A stretch of DNA of 64,000 nucleotides from Oopsacas minuta (lineage: Eukaryota; Animalia; Porifera), in NCBI GenBank assembly GCA_024704765.1, contig JAKMXF010000088.1:372001-436000 (forward strand). The letters run 5' to 3'. Numbering within the stretch: the stretch's first letter is position 1; every line of letters starts with the position of its first letter. The notes under the pieces were generated by a model that was given only the letters and a program-made list of their open reading frames with translations, had not been told where the DNA came from and did no database searches. Both the position numbers and the translations under genes were made by a program. This document shows positions 52,854-64,000 of the stretch, piece by piece.

Positions 52854-55118
52854 CTAATAACTCAAATAAGAGTTAAGATAGGACATAAATGATTGTTTAT
52901 GCTTGACCATAGCTGCCATTCTCGTACTACGTCTAACTTCATTTTGTAGTAAAAGAGACTCAAAATAATTCTCAATTGATAGGAAAATTTCTTCCTTCAA
53001 TTTTATCATTCGTTCTTTCAAAACATTTTCACGTTCACCCTTTTCGTTAAGATATGTAATTAATTGCTCGATTTCTGTCTTAGTATCGTAATATATCCAT
53101 TCTCCATTCATTTCAGAAAATATTCGATATCCAATTGATGGAATATGCCAATAAGTTCGAAATTCGCGATCTTGTCCAAGTGGCTCGATTGAAAAAGTTT
53201 TCATTTTAACTTGAATTGTTTTAGCTCTTATATTCAGACGTTTGATGACTCGATCAATTTCCTCAGTTTGTAAGTAGTTGAATTTTTTACAAAGTTTATT
53301 TTCGGTCTCATCATCGTCAGCATTTCCGTTAGAAATATCGTTTCGATTATCTCCCAACAATTTTGACCTTTCTTCCCAGAGTTTTGATCGAGTATCGTGT
53401 AATTGTATTGCGAATTTATCAACATAAACTTTGAAACTATGTGACATTCCTACATGATCACATATGAACATTAGAAGTTTAGACTTCGTAGTAATATCTA
53501 ATCTTTTATAACAGGATTCATTTAACCGAGCTGTATCACTCACGAATAGCTCCAATAAAGCTGGTACTTCGAACGGGATCAGCTGATCTACATCTTTACA
53601 CTGTAATTCTCTTAACACCTGAATACAACTTCTAATATAAGATCGTATAGACGTTTCCCAATTTGTCCTGCTTACTGATTTATATCCACCGAATGAATGC
53701 CGGATTAATCCACTCAAACGACCTGTAGTATTCCGTAATAGACTTCTTATAATAGCTACAAATGTTTCAAGTAGGAGCACACATGGGGCTTCGTCTGGAA
53801 ACTCACGTTCCCATAGCAACGCTTCTTCGAAATCGCGGAATGTGAAAGGAGAAAGTTCAATGAATTCATGCATACTGTTTAAGAAATTCCAAGCGAACAA
53901 TAAGTCACCCATGCAGTTAGAAAACGCGAGATCACGTGTACCCACGGGTCGAAGGGATTCCTTAGCACGCTCCCATAACGTCAACTCTTCATCCGGTTTG
54001 GGATACTCGACTGATTCAACAATTTCTACTTGAGACAGACAATGTAAGTATCCACAGTCCATACAGCGAATAACAAGATCTACATTGTTACTATTGTCTT
54101 GTATTTCTTGGGTTATCTTAACGGGTTTTGATTCATTACAGTTATGTAATTGATTCAGAATTGGATTAAGATCGCTAATATTTACAGTGAAAGTAGTTTG
54201 GATAAATTTCTCATTTTCTTTTCGTCTAGATAATTGTTCGGGGGTTTCATTCGCGAATGCTTTAACTCTAATCCTTTTCGGAATATATTTCTCAATCAGA
54301 ATTAAGTTATGTTTCTCTGCAATCTCTTTCCTTACAATATAAGGTAAACCAGGGATTGAAACTCTCTTGTACGTATTATCACGTATAAATTGACGTAATA
54401 CATCTTTACAAAATGATAGTTTATAGCTAGAAATGAAAAGTTTTGCTCTCTTGTCGTTAGCTAGTTGATTAAAGGTATACTGGATTAATTGATCTAATTT
54501 TAATGTATTACCTTGTACAATTTCAAGGACATCTTGATGTAGGTGAGTCGGAAAATATGATACAACCTTGTCAGCTGTTGATTCTGACTCTAGAGCTTGT
54601 TCTAATGTCAATCCACTTCTGCCAGTGCGATCACATATCTTAATAAATAAATTGCAAATTATATAGAATGGACCATGGATACTATTTCAATGAGAAATTT
54701 CTAAGACAGTTTTCAAAGATTCCACTAATTACAGTGGATGCCGGTTATAAGAACATATATTGCTTCTCACAAGGGTGTTCTTATAACCGGAATCCAATGT
54801 ATAGCGATTTAACGGTAATTATTATACACTAGGATAAATTCGTAACTAATAATATATCTTAGAAGAGAACATAAAATAATAAAAATGTTCAAATTATTAA
54901 TTCTATTAATACTACTTATACTATTAATCATATTACGTCATAACAAATATTAATATACTCACCCAATTCTTATCCAGATACCAATGCAACCTAGAAATAT
55001 ACTCCTCATAAGTCTGAAGTATTTCACCAGTTACTCGCATAACAAATACCAACTGGTTGTCTTGTAGGTTGCTAGGGACGGGTAGAGGCTCCCACTGTAT
55101 GTTGTGGTGAGTAGGCAT
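52854..55118 (-). CDS. WAC-DDT-WHIM/WSD chromatin-remodelling subunit (ACF1/Itc1-like) without PHD or bromodomain (2 exons, 646 aa)
   Basis: Exons 55118-54963 and 54638-52854. WAC: VFVMRVTGEILQTYEEYISRL..W..TGRSGLTLEQALESE. DDT: GDLLFAWNFLNSM..LSPFTFRDFEEAL. WHIM1: YKRLDITTKSKLLMFICD. WSD: PLGQDREFRTYW..EQLITYLNEKGERENVLK. Confidence 0.85.
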
Positions 55119-55506
55119 GTGTTAGAAGTGTGAAAAAGCGCGATTCTGCTGGATAAGATGCTGTATGAGAGTATGTGTGTGTGTATAGAGCTGGTATAAT
55201 GTAGTCTATGTAACTGTATTGATGAAGTAGAGATGAGTTGGTTGGGGTTGCATAATAAGATTACACATATCGAATTTGTGTTGAAGTTGGACCTCGTTAG
55301 AAAACTGACAATTCCTTATAAGGTAATATAAGCTGAATAAAGACATAACTAACAAGATAATGTTCAAAAGCAGAAAAGAATATTTGTTTAAATACATGAT
55401 TCATCGAATTCTTATGAAAATGAGTGAATTATGAATGTATTAACACTCAAACTAAGGTGATAATTAGCTAAGTATTATTCCTATATTCTATAAACAATTC
55501 TAATCT

Positions 55507-56372
55507 CTAGCGTTTCTTCTTCTTCTCGTTTATCACTTTGATAGATAGACCTACAAAATGAAATAGGTCTCAGAATAATCTCAGAAATAAGAAGCTTATT
55601 GAGAGGATTTTCCTAATACAGTGAATTGGTTAATACGTATTACTTCTTACAAACGCATAGCGTGTCTGAGATTTCGTAAATACGTAACTACAGTTGTCAT
55701 CAACGCGAAATTAAATTTACATTCATAGAATCTTCTGTAAAACATTGCGAATAGAGCTATAGAGCTATAGTTATCACATAAACAATATAGCAGACAGCAG
55801 CTGACTTCTAGTCTTACTGATAAAGCAGTATTCTCTCAATTGTCATGGGATACTCTCAAAAACTAAATTTCCTTGGTATGCCAAAAACCGCGATAATTAC
55901 CTCGATATCTAACCGATTAAATTTATGCTACTTTTGATGGTTGTTACCATATTTGTACATTTTCAGACTTGGATTTAAGTGAGTGCTATATCGATATATC
56001 CGTGTTCGATATAACGAGAGTTGACTGTATTGCAAATTCTAAATAGGTTACTAACTAACCAGGAGGTAGAGAGCTCTTAAGCTTATCAGCCTTTTCCTTA
56101 TCAGTAACAGCTAGTGTATACAGATACCGAGTACATCTCAATTTGAATTTAGACTTTAGGCTAGTTTCTAGGATCTTTACAGCTAAATAATTAAATTATG
56201 ATGTAATATTCATAAATATACAGATGGTGGAAATGAAGCAACTTACATTTAGCATCTTTCCTTCTAGCTGTGTGTATGAAATCTTTTATTTCCTTAATCT
56301 CACGAGGCTAAGAGAAAGATAAATAGTCAATTAAAGAGCAAGAAATAAATGAACAAATGAACTACTTACCAT
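55507..56372 (-). CDS. RPL38: 60S ribosomal protein eL38 (4 coding exons, 76 aa; not in the ORF track)
   Basis: Exons 56372-56370 (ATG only), 56307-56247, 56182-56060, 55550-55507 give [76 protein letters not shown]. Confidence 0.95.
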
Positions 56373-58235
56373 ACTGTTGTTAGTAGATTCAAATATGAGA
56401 AAAAAAATCTCTAATATATAAGCAAAAAGTATGTCACAGTGTAACTTCAACAAATGGAGCCTGTGGGAACGAGAACTTCTGGAAACGGAGTGAAAAGAAA
56501 TAGTGGGAATTCCTAGTCTCATACAAATGAACCTCCACAATCGGGAATTTAGCAGAAACGAGGAAACGGGAGTAGTATATTTCGGCGGACCCGCAACCCG
56601 TTTTTGAGGTTACATGGAAAGTTAATTGATTAATTATCAGAAAGGTTATAAGCATAGTTACTGTGGTACTCATTACCATTTTGATACAATGGAATATAAT
56701 TGAATATTTAGATGGGTTTATTGAAAACAAATCGAACTATTATACATCTTATTTAACGTTAAACAGTCTGTTTTCCCTCCCAAACTCTACTGCATACAAC
56801 AAAACACTCACATTACTATCTACAAATGATCAAAGCTAGTTGAGCCAAGAGATCCTTTCTTTATTGTATTTATTCTAGATCTCAGTATACGATTAATATT
56901 CATACTAGTTCTATCTGTTTGTAACTTCTCCTGTCCGAAATGAATTTATGCTCTAGGAAGAAGATTGAAAAGCAAGACAGTTGTACTATTATTACTCATC
57001 AATGGAAAACTTCTCGTAGTATTGTATAATTTATAAATGCATTTATGCATATCTATCATCTATCATGTATTTAGATTTCATAAATGAATACTACAGTGAA
57101 AAGGGCTGTGGAAACTGAGTGAGAAGTAAATTGAGCGAATTCCTAGTCCCATACGAATGAACCTCAACAATCAAGGAATTTAGTAGAAACGAGGAAACAG
57201 GAGGTAAGTATAATTTTTCCAAACTAGATTATTTATAAAACGAACAAAAACATGTCGGTAGATGAGAAACTCACTCAATATTCCTAAAAACACAATTACA
57301 AAACAGTCCAATTACTGTCTGTATTGTTCAGTAAATTACGTAGCCCTCAAAAGTTGCCATAATATTCCGCTAAGTTGAAGTGCAAAATTGTAATTAACTC
57401 GTATGGTTTTGTTTCAATGCTAGAGTAGTGTAAAGTGATTAAATTGAGAATCCACATAACACCATTGCTTACTCGAACTTCTCAATAAGTGAAGTTCATA
57501 ATCAATCGAGTCCTTATAAGTAGATTTCCCAAAAACATTTCTTGTATTCTACTAGTCTCTTGTGAATTGGTCTTTGTAGCATTTTGTGATTTATTGGATC
57601 AATTTATAGTAATAATTCAGGGCTACATTCTATTGTTATGAATTAATATATTTCACTTTTTTGCAGTTGTACTCCGCTTCTTATAGAGTTCTATAATTAT
57701 GGACATGATATTCGGTACATAGCATCCTTGCTCACTCTCATGGGATCCGGGATTGTACAAGAAATCCAGGGAGGAATTTGGAAATTTTCGTTACTATTTT
57801 GCCAAATAGAGAAAAGTCCCGCAGTAGATGAATTCATTTTGATACCTTCATAAAAGATGATGAATTGCAAAAAATAGTTGATAAATCGCTGTATAATGTG
57901 CATAGTAAACATTACATTCACAGAGTAGATTAAATTCATGGATAATTCTTTGAATTGAATTCTAGTTCATAGATAAAATCTAGTGTACCATTTTAGCATG
58001 AATATTGAAATATATTTTGTTCATATCCAACTGGATGAAACTTTTAGTGAACCAAGTCGGATAAACTCTCGCCATGACGAAGTGATTCTTTGCCCTCTAT
58101 AGCTTGAAAGTAATTGTTTTACTCCGCTTATAACGAAAATGAAACCGGTGTCCCGACACTTCGATATAACTAGTGTTTACTGTATCGATAACCAATGCAA
58201 ATCCGTATTTGAACCTCTAATTTCCAGTTCTAGAA

Positions 58236-61200
58236 ATGTATCTCCCATACATTATATGCTATATATCTCTCTTGCTTGTCTCACTGTGTGGATGGATAAC
58301 ATGTACCAATGTAGATACAACAGAAGCTGTTTGGTTCAGAGGAGATGAAAGGTCTTATTTCGGTTATTCTGTTAATCTTTATCGTTACAGGAATAAACCT
58401 TCTATGAGATATGTACTCATAGGAGCTCCAAGGGCTAACGGCTCTGTAGATGTATTTCAAACTGGGAATACTTATAGGTTAGTTCATATTGAGTCACAGC
58501 ATTCTCTCTTTCCATTACTTAAATATCTGCTAGAGAATAAATGACTGTTTGAAATTTGAAATTTTTTGTTGTCCGCTTCACTGAGTGTCCGAATTGGGAG
58601 TTCTACCGTATACAGTAAGTCCACAAACGGGTTGCAGGAGCCGAAAAATGCTACCCATTTTTTCTGCCAAATTCCGCGTTAGTTAGTGGCAGTTTTTTGT
58701 AAGGAACTAGGAATTCACTCAATTTATTTTCACTCCGTTTATGAAAGTTACACTGTTTATTATTTCAACAATTATTCTAATATTTCTGTCTATTATATCA
58801 CAGATGTGAACCACTGGACCCCACCAGTTGTACCCCTCTAAATCTCCCAGGGCTATCAGGAGCTAATAATATTGACAGTTCAGGAAATCTAGAAGAAGTG
58901 AAGGACAATATGTGGATGGGAGCTACAATAACAAGTTCTTACGTCACAGGGACTATTGCTACTTGTGGACATAGGTTAGTCGATAGAAAATAAATTACTT
59001 TTGTTTCCCAACTTGTAAATGATATTTCTCCTTCTCTCTCACAGATATGTACACACATACTCTAGTAATTCGAGGGAGTTAGTAGGTCGTTGCTATATCC
59101 TTGCAAATGCAGAAGCAGAAGCTTACACATACGATCCTTGTCTCGGAACAGGCTGTCTTCGTAGTTTAGTACGAGATTGTATGTCAGGTACTTCTGCACA
59201 TTATCTCGAAGATGGATCTCAACTCTATGTAGGAGCTCCAGGACTACGGTACTTCAGGGGGTCTCCATTCAGAGGGTCAAAGACTAACACCTGTGAGAGT
59301 GGAATATTTAGACAGGATGTAGGTGTTGTTGGATATCTAGGCTATGCATTGACATCAGGGAGATTGTTTAATCAGCAAAATGATATTGTAGTGGTATCAG
59401 CTCCAAGGTAAGTAAATAGTCAACTCCTGTTTTAGCAATACTCAAGGGACGGTGATAATTACTTTGATATAATCAATGAAATTTCGGTATATCCTTGTTC
59501 GATATAACCTGATTTGATTGTTCTTGAGGCCAAATTCTAAAATAGTTAAGTACTGACCGTCGTCATGGAAGCAATCGTATATTTCCTTAAAATTTTCGTG
59601 GAAATAAGATTGAATAACTGTATTATTTCAATTTACTGAAGTGTATGTTTGGTTGACCTTGAGACCGGGTCGGGAGCAATTACAGAACACAGGAAGATTG
59701 ATATTCATATAATCTATAATAGGTATGGAATATATTAACGTAAGGTCATAATGGCTGTGACTATATTAGGAGATAGATGCTGTTTTACAAGGGACAATCC
59801 CTATTGAATTATATTTTAGACAAAATTCTCATCTCGGGAACATCTATTTAATTGAGAATAATACAGACACCTATCTCACTCCTCAGTTCACATACCACGG
59901 TACATCACAGGATTCATATTACGGCTTCTCGTTGCTAGCTGTAGATTTGAATGGAGACGGACTAGATGAGTTACTGGTATCTGCTCCTATGTATAGTCTA
60001 CCTGGAAAACCCGAGATAGGACAAGTGCATATATATTCTAGTAATGGGGTTAGTTTTAACTACTCGTTTATTACAGTCTTGTATTTTGACGAATTTCCCT
60101 TACTAATACTCGAACTTGCTATTGGAGGAAAAATATTTCCAATATAGAATTGCAGATTTTGTAATTTTAATCATAATATTACTGAAATATGTAATCCATA
60201 ACAAAGATTTTTGGATACAGTAAACTCTCTTTATAAATGGGGTTTACTGTATATTTCCACAAGGAAATATGAATTTATTTATTTTTAACATCATCATGCT
60301 CACCAATATTTCTATACCCAATCTTTTGCATATCTTCCTTCATCATAAGTCCATTATCCATTCTACACTGTAAATACTCTCTAGCTACGTGTCTACATAG
60401 CTCATTACTGTGTTGAGTAGCTTTTAGACATGACATGTATTCTGTGAATTTATTTCTGCATTTGCCTTCCTTGTCCAGAGGGAAGCTTCCTTTCATTGGT
60501 GCAATTGCAACTGGCGTCTTAGAAGAGAAATTCATACTTCACTTTGGAGATTATTTTATTAGCTATCAATGTGAACAAATTGTTAATTTCACTAGAAATG
60601 GCAAAAATTGGGAGGTTGACAATGAGTTTTTGTCAAATAACCTCTGAACAAATAGTGTTTTATACGATTCATCTGGTTTACGCTCCCCTGTTAACTACAA
60701 AAAGCTCAATGAATTGAACAGGAAACTATAAACGCGCAAAATTCAAGATATTATCCCCATACTTTGTATTAATGAATCAATAATATCATTTCAGTCGCTC
60801 TACTGACGAACTTAAAGTTACGGACATTACACTTTTGTTACGGGCACACGAATATATGCTCTCTTAGTGATAGATATATAGATTATGGTTCATTTACAGT
60901 CAACTCCTGTTATATCGAAGCTCAAGGGATCGCGACTTCAATAATAGCGGAGTTAACTGTAGCTGAATACTGTAAAGTGTATTGGAATTTCTTTACGAGA
61001 ATACGTTTATTTATTTTTTATCAGAATTCTCTTCAATACACCTCATCTATTATCCAGCAAATGCCTTACTCACGTTTCGGCACTGCTATAGCTGATCTAG
61101 GAGATCTGAACAAAGACGGCTATCCAGAGATTGCTATCTCTGCTCCCTACGGAAATCAATCTGGTTCTGTATTCATATACTCAGGGACTCCTCAAGGAAT

Positions 61201-64000
61201 TCTCTCTTCTCAGCCTATTCAGACTATCACTGGAGAAAAAGTAGGTCTGGAGAGAGGAGCTGCATTCGGTGTGTCTGTGTCAGGGAAGCAGGACATGGAT
61301 GATAACGGATATAACGATATTCTAATCGGGGCATATGTTAATAACTCAGCTTTCTTGTTCAGGTATATGATAGGACGAATAAAATAAGCAATAATAGTGG
61401 AACTTCGTTAATACGAACTCTAACGGACAGGATGTGTTAAGTATGGTTACATTTCATATTTTCTTTCTATAGAACTCTCCCTGTTGCTACAATATACATT
61501 ACACCAAGCAGTATGCCTAGATTCATAATAATAGACTTAGATGAAGCTATTGCTGCCGGACAAACACAGAACTTAACACTAAACTCAGAGGAAATAGAGT
61601 ATATTTATTTTATACTAATACTTCCTATCACCTTCACTACCCCTGATAATATACCTACTACAATGAAACTGGAACTATCTATATCAGCTGATGCGAATGA
61701 ACCTTCTAAAAATCCTAGAGTATTCTTCCTACAGAATAATAATATGACCAGTGTTATAACACAGGGAATCAACTTAACACAGTCACAATATACTACAGTG
61801 AAGTTTAGAGTATTTCTCAAAAAGAATAGGAATTTTCTGAGACCAATTCCTTTTGATTTTGAGTACAGTGCTGTTAATTATAATACTTTAGACTTCAATA
61901 ATTCTCTTTCTATACAGAACCCTAAAGGAATTCCGAGATATGAGGTGAGTACAGTATGTTTAACTGAATTCTATCGGCAAAATTTGTAATTTTTGAATAT
62001 CCAAAAAGTGTAAAAAATTCTACGTTTTTGTGGGAATCGGATGTTCCGTTTCATTAGGCACGTAGCATGTAGGAACAATTCGGTTGACATCCGTTTTTAC
62101 GGGTTTCATGCATAATTTACCCAAAGGTTCATCCTTATGATATCATACAGGTACAACCGAACTTAAACTGTGGAGATGATCGTATCTGTATCCCAGATCT
62201 GAGTTTAGAAGCTAGCGTTATGCTACCTACCCTCCCTAATGATCCCAGTAGTAGGTATGGTCATATTATTGCTGGAGAGGTTACGGAATTTAATATTAGC
62301 GTAGAAGTAAGCAATTCTGGGGAAGATTCGTTTGGTACTACTCTACAACTAATTATACCCAGAGGTATAACTTATAGGATTCTATATGTGGATGATGAGA
62401 ACCTTGTTATCGGTTGTAGGAATACTGCTCAGGTAATTTTTATTTGTTAAAGGTAGATGATATTGCTTGTAAAAAACGGTTCCTAACCTGAAGTGGAACC
62501 TTAGTGGTCCAAGGAGGATAGCATGGGATCCAGAAAATCTCAAATTTATACTACAGTCTATAGGAGGGGTCCACATAATGTGTTAACATGGGCATAGGAG
62601 GTCCACAAGTGAAAAGGTTGGGAATCGCTGATTTATGTTAAGTTCAGACCATATTTGTACAATTTGAGACTTCGATAGAAGCGGGTTTTTCGATATATCC
62701 GTGTTACATATAATAGGAGTTGATTGTATTTATTGTAATACTCTCATTTAGCAATTGAAAGATTCAACAACATTATCATGCTCTCCATTGGGTAATCCAT
62801 TGAAAGGTAGTGACGAAGATACAGTAAGTTTCAGTGTAGTATTTAATAGCGATAGTTTGAGGGGAAATGAAGAACAAATAGAAATACAGTTAGAAGTGTT
62901 AAGTAGTAATCCTGAGGATAATTCTACTAAATTTGATAACAGGAGAAGTGTTAGTATTAATGTGACAGCAACAGCTGATATATCTACTAGTGTGAAGGCT
63001 ACACCAGAAAAGGTGAGAATGATCGTGAACTCTCGTAAATACGAACACCGATTGATATACAGTGGATGCCGGTTATAAGAACACCAATCTAATCACCATC
63101 CTCTGGAAAACTTATCATATATATATTTTGTAATGGTTTTAAGAACATGTAATGGCTACTCCCAAGGGTGTCCTTATAACCTGCATCCACAGTATGTGTA
63201 AATGTTAAATATATGTAGGTGGGGGTCTCTCATTTTTTGGACAGTAATATATTAATCCTGTACTAAATTACTAATTTGGGTCTCATGACTGCTGAACTGG
63301 TATTTCTATTTTTACATTTATTCTGATTCAGCTCGCATTCAATGAATCAACTCAACTCCGTATCAACCATCTCGTTGAAACAGAGAATCAATCAGAAATA
63401 TTTCACAGTGATCTAGGCCCTGAAGTTACATTCCTATTCCTCGTGCATAACAACGGACCAAGTCCTATAATAAATGCATCATTAAATATATATTGGCCGA
63501 TGGGTGTCAAGAATGGAGATAGGATTAATGATAAAGCAGCTAGACATTTCATTTTATACCCAACTAAATACACTTCTGATAAAATACGTTGTGATTCTAC
63601 GTACTTTAATGTAGCTAATTTGAGAGAAACGAAAATAGTAATAGATGAGGAGGATTTAGAGCAAACAGGTAGAAATACACGCTCCATAGATTTGAATGAG
63701 AATAATTTGGAATATAACGAGGATATATTGTTGATGGAACGAGAAAGGAGACAAACATCTATTGAGCCTACGAAATCCAATGTAGTTATAAATACGGATG
63801 TTTCCTGTGTAAATTATCACGATTATTGTGTAACTATAAAATGCAGTATGAGCGATATACCTAGTGGAAATTCATATGAACTATTAATTGCCGCGAAAGT
63901 TTTTGAGCCAACTCTAGCAGTGAACGCTCCTAAATCAATATGGAATATTACAGTGTCGTCAGAAGCGATAATACGAGACACGCATGTAGAGCAACCAGGG
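58236..64000 (+). CDS. ITGA: Integrin alpha chain, no I-domain, truncated by the window end
   Basis: Exons 58236-58477, 58804-58974, 59045-59407, 59820-60048, 61025-61362, 61473-61944, 62151-62432, 62752-63012, 63332->64000, in phase. Signal peptide, seven FG-GAP repeats (DLNGDGLDE, DLNKDGYPE, DMDDNGYND Ca sites), NCGDDRICIPDL, and LGPEVTFLFLVHNNGPS..IYWP. Confidence 0.93.
60275..60535 (-). CDS. COX19: Cytochrome c oxidase assembly factor COX19, nested antisense in integrin intron 4
   Basis: P.KGSFPLD.EGKC, twin CX9C (C-RNKFTEYMS-C, C-RHVAREYLQ-C) and CRMDNGLM. Confidence 0.95.
   Translation of the reverse strand: MNFSSKTPVAIAPMKGSFPLDKEGKCRNKFTEYMSCLKATQHSNELCRHVAREYLQCRMDNGLMMKEDMQKIGYRNIGEHDDVKNK
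60897..60959. mobile_element. Minimal 63-bp family A MITE
   Basis: ta-cagtcaactcctgttatatcgaagctcaaggga ... gcggagttaactg-ta. Further partial or full copies lie near 410, 1685, 19717, 20290, 25917, 26556, 30150, 33467, 34610, 37715, 45000, 51690, 55850, 58060, 59418 and 62640. Confidence 0.75.

Noticed and set aside
57400-57939. Possible gene between RPL38 and the integrin
   Set aside because: All frames are interrupted by stops, there is no consistent splice path, and no motif was recognised; it may be decayed transposon ORF.

Overview
AT-rich eukaryotic (animal) genomic DNA with GT-AG introns and many short non-autonomous DNA transposons (MITEs). The integrin alpha, Chibby and Diaphanous genes point to an animal. 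A compact basal-metazoan genome such as a hexactinellid sponge is a guess I cannot confirm. Eight consecutive minus-strand genes were spliced by hand with all phases consistent: RPL38 (absent from the ORF track), a WAC-DDT chromatin protein, TTLL1, RPL31, two tandem DIAPH-type formins, a type I PIP5K and KIF3A. An integrin alpha on the plus strand runs off the right end. Nested antisense in introns are CBY1, COX19 and a pair of paralogous orphan coiled-coil mini-ORFs. The most unusual element is a tandem array of three snRNA-like genes at 1.4-2.9 kb. They have U5 architecture and a shared PSE-like motif but a non-canonical loop 1. One copy appears to be a U5-like domain fused to a minimal U1 (5' splice-site arm, 70K-like loop, Sm site). 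Most genes also have a splice-acceptor-like YAG just before the ATG, compatible with SL trans-splicing or operons. All RNA-family and protein-family calls are by eye from recalled consensus sequences; no searches were run.
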